NCBI RefSeq assembly: GCF_004010195.1
Contig: NC_057754.1
Span: forward strand, 4,651,280 to 4,715,279
DNA from: Chiloscyllium plagiosum
Lineage: Eukaryota
Length of the DNA: 64,000 bases
Direction of reading: 5' to 3'
The notes under the pieces were generated by a model. The model saw only the letters and a list, made by a program, of their open reading frames with translations, ran no database searches and was not told the DNA's origin. Made by a program: the position numbers and the translations under genes. Shown piece by piece: positions 1 through 10,760 of the stretch (position 1 is its first letter; every line of letters begins with the position of its first letter).

Positions 1-330
1 TAGGGGTGGCGGAAGTCACTGAGCGTGTGGCATCGGCGATGATGTGAGGGCCGGAAGTGGCTGTGGGAGTGGCCGTGATGGGGGCAGAAGTGACATCATC
101 AATCAGCGTCGTGGTGGTAGCTGCATCAGCCGCATGGCTAATGGTGTTTCCGTGGCCAGGGAAATCTTCTGGAATGTTTGAGGTGCGCTGGTTATGGAGG
201 TGGGTAGATAAAAGTGTTGTACTTACAGTTTTTGATGTTTGAGATGGAATTGAAATACTGTTTGTTGAGAGTATGAATTCTCCTGAGGATGTAGTACAGA
301 GTGGGTCCTTTGCAATTCTGAGAGAGTGTG
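1..330 (-). mobile_element. Penelope-like element, N-terminal ORF fragment (runs off window start)
   Basis: Minus strand reads TLSQNCKGPTLYYILRRIHTLNKQYFNSISNIKN... followed, after a frameshift, by a Thr/Ala-rich tract; resembles the region upstream of the RT in shark Penelope-like ORFs (recall). Confidence 0.5.
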
Positions 331-735
331 TCAGTGTTTATTGTCATTACAACTTTCAAATTGACAGCAACCTCTCGAATTTACACATTGTAATTAAAAT
401 GTGAAAGTCTAGAAGTTGCCATCAGTGATCCCATGCACCCCCATATGGTGCCTTGTTGAAGTCCCCTCTAACAGCAATCATCCAACAGCACTTGAACATA
501 CCCTTTTATCCTATAATACTGTACAGAAACCCAAAAATGTTACACCTATTGAGTGATGTGTAACTAGGTTTTAACAACGTACTAAATCTTAATATTGAAC
601 ACCCTCTGATCCAAAAAGCAAAACTGCTATGTTATGTTGGTAGTATATAAATTCCAACAGTATAATTATTTTAAAGTTTGATGATACAATCTAGTCCTGT
701 ACATTTCTTTGTTTTTACAAATGAAGAATTTGCAT

Positions 736-854
736 TTTATTCCCTGGTTTGCTGTCAGTCAGAATGATTCAGTATGATTGACAGTTTAGCTTGTTTGATA
801 TCATTACCATTTATGGACATTTGGGAATGCCTTAGAGTTGGTGTGAGAATCACA
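736..854 (-). CDS. Candidate terminal exon 5 with polyadenylation signal
   Basis: tttctcctttatttatgctag acceptor. Phase 0 reads CDSHTNSKAFPNVHKW* (stop 806-804); phase 2 reads VILTPTLRHSQMSINGNDIKQAKLSIILNHSD* (stop 757-755). AATAAA at 741-736. Confidence 0.55.
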
Positions 855-872
855 CTAGCATAAATAAAGGAG

Positions 873-3800
873 AAACGTGGCTGCGTAGCTGGTGTAGGAG
901 GGAGGGCTTCAAATATGTAGATAATTGGGATGCCTTCTGGGGAAGGTGGGACCTGTACATGAAGGACGGGTTGCACCTGAACTGGAAGGGGAACAATGTC
1001 CTGGGTGGCAGGTTTGCTCGAGTGGTTCAGAAGGGTTTAAACTAGTATGGCAGGGGGGTGGGAACCTGAGCTATATACTGGTGGTGAGAGTTGATGGAGA
1101 TGAGGCAATAGCAAGAGGTAGCGCAGCCAGTGGGAAGGAATTTCCTGGGAAAGAACGAAGGGATCGGTTAAAGTGTGTTTGCTTTAATGCAAGGAGTATC
1201 AGGAATAAAAGTGATGAGCTTAGAGCAGAATCAGTACCTGGTACTATGATGTTGTGGCCACAACAAAGACGTGGGTTTCTCAGGGGCAGGATTGGTTGCT
1301 GGATGTTCCAGGGTTTAGAACATTTAAAAATAGGGAGGGGGGAAAAAGAGGAGGGGGTGTAGCACTGCTAATCAGAGAGGGTATCACAACTGCAGAAGTT
1401 ACCATTGTTGAGGAGGGTCTGCCTACTGAGTCAGTATGGGTGGAAATTAGGAACAGTAAGGGAGCAGTCACCTCATTAGGAGTTTACCACAGGCCCCCCA
1501 ATAGCAGCAGGAAGATTGAAGAAAGCATAGGTCGGCAGATTTTGGAAAAGTGTGAATGTAGTAGGGTTGTTGTAATGGGTGACTTTAACTTTCCCAATAT
1601 TGATTGGAACCTCCTTCGAGCAGATAGTTTGGAAGGAGCTGTTTTGAAAGGTGTGTTCAGGAGGGTTTCCTAACTCAGTATGTTGACAGGCCGACGAGGG
1701 GAGAAGCCATTTTGGATTTGGTGCTCGGCAATGAGCTGGGGCAGGTGTCAGATCTTGCGGTGGGAGAGCATTTGATGATAGTGACCACAACTGTTTCACA
1801 TTCTACATAGCTATGGAGAAGGAGAGAAGCAGGCACAATGGGAGGATATTTAATAGGGGAAAAGGAAACTATGATGCTATCAGACGTGAGTTGGGAAGCA
1901 TGGAATGGGAGCAATTGTTCCATGGAAAGGGCACTGTGGACATGTGGAGACTGTTTAAGGAACAGTTGTTGCGAGTGATGCATAAATGTGTTCCTCTGAG
2001 ACAGGCAAGAAGGGGTAAGATAAAGGAACCTTGGATGACGAGAGCGGTGGAGCTTCTCGTCAAAAGAACGAAGGCAGCTTATGTAAGGTGGAGGAAGCAA
2101 GGGTCTTGCTCAGCTCTAGAGGATTATAGGCAGGCGAAGAAGGAGCTCAAAAATGGTCTGAGGAGAGCCAGGACGGGGCACAAAAAAGGCTTGGCAGGAA
2201 GGATTAGGGAGAATCTAAAAGTATTTTACACGTATGTGAGGAATAAGAGAATGATCAAAGAAAGAGTAGGGCCGATCAGGGATAGTATAGGGAACTTGTG
2301 TATAGAGTCTGAGGAGGTAGGGGAAGCCCTAAATGAGTTTTTCGCTTCTGTCTTTACTAAAGAAAAGGACCTTGTAGTGAATGAAACCATTGAGATGCAG
2401 GTAAGCATGCTGGAATGGATAGAGATTGAGGAAGCTGATGTGCTGAATTTTGACAAACATTAAGATTGACAAGTCGCCAGGGCCAGACCAGATTTGTCAT
2501 CGGCTGCTTTGAGAAGCGAGAAATGTGATTGCTTCGCCGCTTGCGAAGATCTTTGCATCCTCGCTCTCCACTGGAGTCGTACCTGAGGACTGGAGGGAGT
2601 CAAATGTAATTCCTCTCTTCAAGAAAGGAAATAGGGAAATCCCCGACAATTACAGACAGTCAATCTCATGTCTGTCGTCTGCAAGGTGTTAGAAAGGATT
2701 CTGAGGGATAGGATTTTTGACCATCTGGAAAAGCATGGCTTGATTAAATGCAGTCAGCACAGCTTTGTGAGGGGCAGATCATGCCTCACAAATCTTATTG
2801 AGTTCTTTGAGGATGCTACTAGACAAGTGGATGAGGGTCGAGTGGTGGATGTGGTGTATATGGACTTCAGCAAAGCATTTGATAAGGTTCCCCATGGTAG
2901 GCTCGTTCAGAAGGTCAGGAGGAATGGGATACAGAGAAATTTAGCTGTCTGTATACAGAATTGGTTGGTCGACAGAAGGCAGCGAGTGTTAGTGGAAGGA
3001 AAGTATTCTGCCTGGAAGTCAGTGGTGAGTGGTGTTCCACAGGGCTCTGTTCTTGGACCTCTATTCTTTGTAATTTTTATTAATGACTTGGATGAGGAGA
3101 TTGAAGTATGCGTCAGCAAGTTTGCAAACGACACAAAGGTTGGAGGTGTCATTGACAATACAGAGGACTGTTGTAGGCTGCAGCGTGATGTTGACAGGAT
3201 GCAGAGATGGGCTGAGTGGTGGGAGATGGAGTTCAACCTGGATAAATGCGAAGTGATGCATTTTGGAAGGTCAAACTTGAAATTTGAGTACAGGATCTTG
3301 GCAGTGTGGAGGAACAGCGGGATCTTGGTGTGCAGGTACACAGATCCCTTAAAATTGCCATCCAAGTGGACAGGGTTGTTAAGAAAGCATATGGTGTTTT
3401 GGCGCTCATTAACAGGGGGATTGAGTTTAAGAGCCGTGAGATCGTGATGCAGTTCTATAAAACTTTGGTTAGACCGCACTTGGAATACTGTGTCCAGTTC
3501 TAGGAAAGACGTGGATGCTTTGGAGAGGGTTCAGAGGAGGTTTAACAGGATGCTGCCTGGAATGGAGGGCTTATCTTACAAAGAGAGGTTGACTGAGCTC
3601 GGACTTTTTTCATTGGAAAAAAGAAAGAAGAGAGAGGACCTAACTGAGATGTACAAGATAATGAGAGGCATAGATAGAGTTGATAGCCAGAGACTTTTTC
3701 CCAGGGCAGAAATTGTTAACACGAGGGGTCATAGTTTTAAGCTGTTTGGCGGAAAATATAGGGGGGATGTCAGAGGCGGGTTCTTTACGCAGAGAGCATG

Positions 3801-3985
3801 GAATGCATTGCCAGCAGCAGTTGTGGAAGCGAGGTCATTGGGGATATTTAAGAGACTGCTGGACATGCATATGGTCACAGAAATGTTAGGGTTCTTACAT
3901 TAGATTTACCTTACATGAGGATCAATGGTTGGCACAACATCGTGGGCTGAAGGGCCTGTTCTGTGCTGTACTGTTCTATGTTCTA
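873..3985 (+). mobile_element. HER1 / CR1-clade LINE, 5'-truncated, near-complete disrupted ORF2
   Basis: ORF1 end TWLRSWCRREGF...KDGLHLNWKG (SGNH esterase-type); APE endonuclease (CFNARSIRNK, VVMGDFNFP); RT motifs YMDFSKAFDKVPH, SGVPQGSVLGP and SKFANDTK (FADD mutated to FAND at 3121-3132); several frameshifts/stops; TTCTATG-type 3' tail. Confidence 0.95.
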
Positions 3986-4114
3986 AATCCACACTACAGA
4001 AATTGGTAGACCTAAGTTAGCTTTTTTCAGGGTCATATTGTCATTTTGCTGCCAGTTGTGAAATCTGTATCTCTCATGTGTCTGCTAAAGACTGGACCAT
4101 TTTTTCTTTTTGAA

Positions 4115-4420
4115 TTTTCTTTAAATTCATTCATGGGATGGTGGTACAACTGGCTGAGCCAGTATTTATTGCCTGTCCCTAATGGGCAGCTAAGAAACAA
4201 CCACATTGCAATAGATCTGGAGTCACATGATAGCAGAATTCCTTTCTTAAAAATGGGTATTTGCAACAATCGACAATGATGACCAGGTCAGCTTTTTCTG
4301 CCAGTTTGTTTTTTTTAAATTGACTTCAAATTTCACCATCTGCCGAGGTAGGATTTGAACCTATGTGACCAGAACATTAACTGGGGGTCTAGATTATTAG
4401 TCTGGTGACATTACCAATGT
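4115..4420 (-). mobile_element. Old tRNA-derived SINE (family shared with 5480-5775 and 14480-14810)
   Basis: Reverse complement has a GGTTCAAATCC B-box-like head and a GGCAATAAAT...CCAGC...CATCCCATGAATGAA tail matching the other copies. Confidence 0.6.
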
Positions 4421-4729
4421 GCCTTGTCATCCCATAACTATGTGAGTGGGATATATGGAGCAAAAATGGCAGTTTTTAATGGAGCATGCCTGTTTAACCA
4501 TTTGTTTTAATTAATGAAGAAAAAAATCCAGACTTCTTTTTTGTTGCACAATCTGCCCACCTGATCTTCCCTGTGTTCTCTTTCTGAGTGATTATTTTCA
4601 CCCAAATCAAAAGAAAGAATGAGCTCTGCAGCTTGCAGAGTAGCATTAACAAAGATCTGGGTGCAGGATGTTTGTTTAGGATTAAAGTATGGCAAAGGTG
4701 GCAGTTACGTCAACCCATCAGACACTTAG

Positions 4730-4942
4730 GCATCAAGTATTGAACTATCAATGGTATGGATAATTGGGTATTAAAGCATCAGTAATAGAGTTAACAAGGT
4801 ATTAAAGCATCTGTAATAGAATAAATTGGATATTAAGGTAACAATGCCATAGATAATCGGGTATTAAAATAAATGGCCTAGACAATCAGGCATTAAAATA
4901 TCAGTTACTTAGATAAATATTGAAGCATCAGTGATTAGCTCA
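4730..4942. repeat. Degenerate ~30-bp tandem repeat (about 6-7 units)
   Basis: Recurring GGTATTAAAGCATC(A/T)GTAATAGA-like units. Confidence 0.75.
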
Positions 4943-5479
4943 TTGTCTAATATTACAAGTAGCTATTTAAAGTATGCCCCTTAAGAGTATCCAATAAGCT
5001 AAAGCCTCTAAAATAAATTAATGCACTTAATCAAGATTAATTACTTCAATTAGATTAAAGTACAAAATTAGCAAACCTGTATTTTAGACATTGCTATATT
5101 TTGTGCTGTTCATTTGGATACTTGAAGATTTGTCCTTTCTGTTACAATAAACTAGGGCAGGTATGCTATTTTTATAAATATATTGAGCATGAACTTGCAA
5201 ATTCATTGGGGAAAGATGTGTGAATGAGGTCAGGTTATAAATGTACACAGTTAGTGGAATTGAAGGATGAGTTCTACTAAAACTGTCATGTGGGCTGATT
5301 TCTTGGTCAAGAGTTACACATTCAAAGATCCAGATCATGTTACAAAGCGATTAGGGCTGGGAAACAAAAATGTCTGCGTAAATCAGTAACAAGCCCTGAA
5401 CAATACGTGCAACTTTTGAAAAGAGGCTCTCACTGTCCTGCCGTTTCATATGCTGCACAATGAGGAAGGTACATAATGA

Positions 5480-5775
5480 AAAACTGTATCTGGGGACTTG
5501 GATTCAAATCCCAATATGGCAAATGGTGAAATTTGAATTCAATAAAAATCTGGAATTTAGAGTTTAATAATGACCATGAAACTGTTGTTAATTGTCAGGT
5601 AAAACCTGTCTGGTTCACTAAGGTCCTTTAAGAGAAGAAACTACTATCTTTACCCAGTCTTGCCTACTTGTGACTGCAGACCCACAGCAATGCGGTTGAT
5701 TCTTAACAGTTAGGAATGGGCAATAAATGTTGACCTAGCCAGCGATGCCCAAATCCTGAGAATGAATAAAAATAA
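5480..5775 (+). mobile_element. Old tRNA-derived SINE with conserved core (MetaSINE-like, tentative)
   Basis: GGATTCAAATCC head, CTGGTTCACTAAGGTCCTTTAAGAGAAGAAA core, GGGCAATAAATG...GAATGAATAAAAA tail. Confidence 0.65.
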
Positions 5776-7087
5776 ACGAATTCAGGTCAAGTTTCTGACA
5801 AACTGAAGGAAGTAATTGCAAGTTTATCTATTTATGTAGACCCATCTCCTGTGGGTCTAAGCTACATTGTGTGTGAATAATTGAGCTGATTTAGTTTCAT
5901 GCTTTCTGTCTGTTGAATTTTTCTCCTTCACATGCAGGAAATAAGACTTCTGTCTGTTGGGCTTTTACCTGTTCTCCTCAACATCTTCTGATTAGTGTCT
6001 TGGCTTTGAACTTGTATTGGGAGTTGGTGAGCGGCTGTGATTGTTTAGAATTGGTATGGTGTCTGTGACCTTGTTACGCTTCTGGTATTTGCCATAAGCT
6101 AATCGTGACTGCCATTAAAATTGCACATGCCACCGAAAATGTTCACTGACTCTTCAAGAAGCATCAGGAAGCAGGTTGTTTGGCATTTAATTCATGTTCA
6201 CAATGTTGTTCCATTCTGTTACATTTTTCCATCACCCAGGAGTACCGTTTGTCAGCTTTGAAGGCTAACATTGGACTGTTTTGCTAAGACTTGTGACCTG
6301 TCCTCCATTTCAATGTTTGTTGTTCTGCTAACCTCTGGTTTTTGAAATTTCTGGTTTCAAATCCATATGACAGCCTTTAAGTTGTTTATAATGAATTGCT
6401 ATACCTGGTGCTATATCTGTATCAGGGTAGTCGAAAGGATTTTAAATCAGTTCTTTTAAATGTTGTTAAGTTCTGCTCCCAAGATTTAAAATTCACATTT
6501 TGAAGCATTTGGGGATGCGGATGAAAACTCAATACAGAAGAAATTGGATCCACTTAAATCCTGAGAGAGTGTTATCTGCATACCATATCAGCGAGACTCA
6601 TAGGCAGTTTCTTAAATCCGTGCACTAAGCATTTCAGCATTATAAAGGTTTCTGAGGTTAACCATCATTGGATACCAATCCTAGGAGCAGGGTGGCTGGT
6701 TTTGATACTAGTTCAACTTGTCAATTCCCAGAGTGTGGGTTCTTTAATGAAGGGACTTGGCCACAATGACGTTGGACAATAAATCAATGCCATACGTAGC
6801 CCACTAACAAGGATAGCGTGGTGCGCTTTATTTCATTTTAATGGGGCGTTATAAAGTAGTATAAAATTTGCTGTGAATTACTGAATTTATTCTCATGATC
6901 TATAAAACAAATTAGCCTGTTGGTTTGCAATGAGTGTTCATCAGTCTAACTCTCTAGGATGGTGAACTGTGTTTGGGATTACAATCTACAATGCACACTT
7001 TCTCAGGCGAAGCTTGGGGAGGGAATATGTTAGGTGTCAAATAAATTGCCAAACCCCTGACCCACCAGGAAAGCTCAATCAGTCAAA

Positions 7088-7252
7088 TGCCAATCAACGT
7101 AAGAGCTGAAACAGAAATTGCTAGAGAAACTCAGCATGTCCAGTCAAATCGGTGGAGAGAAAGCAGAACCAGCATTTCCGGTCCAGTGGCTCTTCTTCAG
7201 AATGTTTCTGTTTTGGTTTTGCATTTCCAGCATCCACAGTTCTTTGTTTTTG
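7088..7252. mobile_element. Penelope-derived fold-back element, family B (collapsed)
   Basis: AACAGAAATTGCT...CCGGTCCAGTGGCTCTTCTTCAG arm plus short inverted arm; same family as 62306-62531. Confidence 0.6.
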
Positions 7253-8123
7253 TTATCTCAACTTAAGAGCTGACTGCCTGGCTTCGGCGAGCTTGTTGAC
7301 CTATTGCACACCTCAATAATAGCCCCCGGTTCACCAGAAGCTGGCAGTGTATCAAAGCCTGACAACCTTTGGGTTTTGAAGACCACTGGTCAAGACATAC
7401 ACCTCAGGAGACCAAAGAGCCAGAAGTTTGGCCTTTCTCTTTTGCTTCTCAAAATGCTGTGGGTCGCAGGGAGGCAAGGGCCAGGATGAGTTTGAAAGGC
7501 TGGCTCACCTGACCGTACTTCCGATTGCCAACAGATTGGAGCCTTAATTGTGGAGTTGAGTCATTATGTCATAAAGCTAGGCATAAGACAGTAAAGATCA
7601 ACTTCTGATTATATGTGATGCAAGATCAGCTAATCGTAAAGACTAATGGTGCTGAAGCCAAGGGAATACCTATTGCAGAAACAGAATTCATAGCAATGCT
7701 ATTTTCGACAACACTCCAGAGCTAGTAAAATGTACTCTGATGCTGCTGTACATCTGTACTTTATGCTCTGAATGAAGTTGATGATTTGTAGTAACTCCAT
7801 TGATGTACATTAAATATAAATCGTACTTCCTGTAAGTTTAATTGAGTGGCTATAAAAGTGCCTAAAAGAAACTAGAATTATTGTATTGTGGACAAGCTTA
7901 CTATTGGGTATGCTCAGTTGAACTTTGAAGTAATATTTCATCTAATGCATTTAATTTAATTGGAGGATGTGCCTTGGAGAGCAATGCCTTAAAATTTTGA
8001 TGTTTCCTACATTACAATGATGACTAGACTATAAAAACTACTTCATTGGTTGTAAAACTCTTTGAGATGTCTTCTGGTTGTGTAAAGTGCGATATAAATG
8101 CAAGGCTTTCTTTCTTCCACGTA

Positions 8124-8320
8124 GAAAGTGAGGACTGCAGATGCTGGAGATCAGAGTTGAGAGTGTGGTGCTGGAAAAGCACAGCAGGTCAGACAGCATC
8201 CAAGGAGCAGGAGAATTGATGTTTCAGGCATAAACCCTTCATCAGGAATGCAGGGCTGATGAAGGGCTTGTACCTGAAATGTCGATTCTCCTACTCCTCG
8301 GATGCTGCCTGAACTGCTGT
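8124..8320. mobile_element. Penelope-derived palindromic element, family A, two inverted hammerhead motifs
   Basis: Arms 8182-8245 and 8256-8320 are reverse complements; each has CTGATGA-AGGG(C/T)...GAAA. Confidence 0.8.
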
Positions 8321-9106
8321 CCTTTGTTTCTTCCATGGTAATATTATCTTTATTATATACTAAGCAAAAAACTTAAAATCAAAGATATTCATGTAAATTG
8401 AAATATCTCCAGAAATCCATCTGATGGGTAGTGCTTGCTAATTGTTATTTTAATTTGTAACATGGGTGATTTTATGGCAGTAAGGATACCATCCAGCGGT
8501 GTGTAATAACATCTCTGAACAGGAAGACAAAACATCTGTGTTTGTAAGAGCTTTTGTGGCCCCATGGTAGTATCCCTACCTCTGTGTCAGGAGATCTAGG
8601 TTCAAGTCCCACTTGTTTTAAAGGTATGGAATAACACCCCCTGAACAGGTGATTAGAAAATATTTAAGAGCAAAGTTCTTGGTACAGGTGATCTAATGTT
8701 TTTTTAAATACAGCTGAGTTTTTGCACCCTCCAACTCCAATTTGATATAGCCCCTCTCTTATTCCCTATCTTTCCCTTTTATTGTTGCTGCACTTCCCCG
8801 GTATGTAGTGTTTGTAATTTGTTATTTTATTTGATGAAATGGGTGACTTGGTGCTTGGAAAAAACAGCTATCTTCTACCCCCATTTGAGTGTTGGCTGCT
8901 TGACAGGAAAAGGATGCAGAAGTGAAAGGTGGAAACTGATATTTGCATTATGACATAGATGTACAATAAAAGCTTTGTAAATCTCTGGAAATCTTTTGTT
9001 GTTTAATTCAACATAAGGATATTGATGTTTGAAGCAGTAGGAGCCATAATTTGAGTTGTCACCTTTTGTGGATAATAGTTCAGGTTTTGATCATCATGAT
9101 ACTCAC

Positions 9107-9312
9107 TTCATTACGAAAGAATTTGTAATCCAATGCTTCAATTCTGCTATACAGTAGGTTAACCCTCGCGCTGACAGTCGAAAGATTGACTGTAACATGT
9201 TCCATTCTGATGCTTTCTTTGCAATTGTGACATTGTTTTGTATGAGCATTTTTAGAGAAAATGAAAGCATATTGTTTACAAAAACTCTTTTCAGTAGTGA
9301 TATGTTGAATCC
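9107..9312 (-). CDS. Candidate exon 4 (206 nt), cytokine-core-like
   Basis: ttcctttcag acceptor and GAA|GTGAGT donor. Stop-free in two frames despite AT-richness: GFNISLLKRVF... and ...CKQYAFIFSKNAHTKQCHNCKESIRMEHVTVNLSTVSARVNLLYSRIEALDYKFFRNE. Confidence 0.7.
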
Positions 9313-10077
9313 CTGAAAGGAATTCAATTAAATTATAGGCTCTGCTCTCCCTTCATTATTGTAAAATCAGTAAATAATTTCTTCAGTTCATCTAACTGTT
9401 GCTAAAATCCACAACCAGTCTGGAAATTGCTAAAAGCTAAATGACCTGTAAAATGATCTACCTTTGTTCAGCAACATGTAATAAATAGCCCAGGATTCGA
9501 TACAATTATTCAAGAGAAACCCTTAGCTCAATTTGATGTAACATTGCAAGTGTGAATCTGCAGGACCATTCAAACATTAAGGCATCAGTATGTGGTCTAC
9601 CAGACAACAGTGAAGTACCAAGGTGCTGCAAAAGCAATGCTAACTGAACTGCAAGTTGAGAATAATACTTATGAGTTGAGGGCTGACAGCACGGTGCATT
9701 TTGATGGTAAAATTGATCCTTACTATCCATATAATGGGAGGATTAAAATATCCATCCAATACAGATTCTTCAATAACATCCAATGAATCATGATCATTGT
9801 GTAAATTCAGTCATATGTAACTCAATTCCAAGAGATACATTTACTTTGGCATTTGTTAAAATGCACTTATGAAATGCCGCTATGCATTTTTCTCTTACGT
9901 GGGAGAGGTAAATAGAAAACGGTAAATAGTGTACTTGCCCACCAAGAACATCCAATAAAAGATAAAGGTTAACAAATTGCTACCTTTTGAAAAGGTCCGG
10001 ATTGATACCCAACCATAAAGGGAGCCAAATTTTAGAGACCAAACATCTGATCCTGCTCTGTGGTCTCCAAAGTATTT

Positions 10078-10388
10078 GATTAGATTAGGTTCCCTACAGT
10101 GTGGGAACAGGCCATTTGACCTAACTGGTCCACACCGACCCTCCGAAGAGGAGCCCACCCAGACCCATTTCCCTCTGACTAATGCACGTAACATTATGGA
10201 CAATTTAGCATGACCAATTTACCTGACCTGCACATCTTTGGGAGGAAGCCAGAACACCCAGAGGAAACCCCACGCAGACATTGGGAGGTTGTGTAAACTC
10301 CATACAGACAGTCCCCTGAAGCTGGAATCAGCCCGGGTCCCTGGCGCTGTGAGGCACCAGTGCTAACCACTGAGCCACCATGCCGCCC
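10078..10388 (-). mobile_element. HE1 SINE
   Basis: Reverse complement starts GGGCGGCATGGTGGCTCAGTGGTTAGCACT (tRNA A box), has the V-domain body and a CTAAT-repeat tail. Confidence 0.9.
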
Positions 10389-10499
10389 TCCTTCTGCATG
10401 GCCTTCCCTTTGAGATCATGTCTGTGGGGTGATGAATGATTTCAGCCTTGCTCTCCAACAAGCCAGTCAGTCATTGGTCTTGGCCAGATTGTTACTCAA

Positions 10500-10760
10500 A
10501 AAAGGGGAAAATTTGAAGGGGAATTAAGGGACAAGTTTTCCACGCAGAGGGTGATGTGTGTCTGGAATGAACTGCTGGAGGAAGTGGTGGAGGCAGGTAC
10601 AACTACAACATTTAAAAGGCATGTGGATGTGTACATGAATAGGAAGGGTTTAGAGGGATATGGGCCAAATACTGGCAAATGGGACTAGATTAATTTAGGA
10701 TACCTGGTTGGCATGGCGAGTTGGACTGAAGAGTCTGTTTCCGTGCTGTATAAACTCTGA
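10500..10760 (+). mobile_element. HER1/CR1 3' fragment
   Basis: TGGAATGAACTGCTGGAGGAAGTGGTGGAGGC...CTGTTTCCGTGCTGTA 3' end. Confidence 0.85.

Noticed and set aside
925..3903. Long ORFs as host genes or an active LINE
   Set aside because: They are fragments of one HER1 ORF2 broken by stops and frameshifts, with a mutated catalytic Asp.
4730..4942. CRISPR-like repeat-spacer array
   Set aside because: Units are degenerate with no unique spacers, there are no cas genes, and the context is vertebrate.
7600..7722. Alternative last exon containing ECCRK on the minus strand
   Set aside because: Stop immediately follows and the acceptor phase does not fit exon 4.
9592..9786. Protein-looking 64-aa plus-strand ORF
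   Set aside because: GTG start, weak upstream acceptor, no recognisable family and no partner exons.
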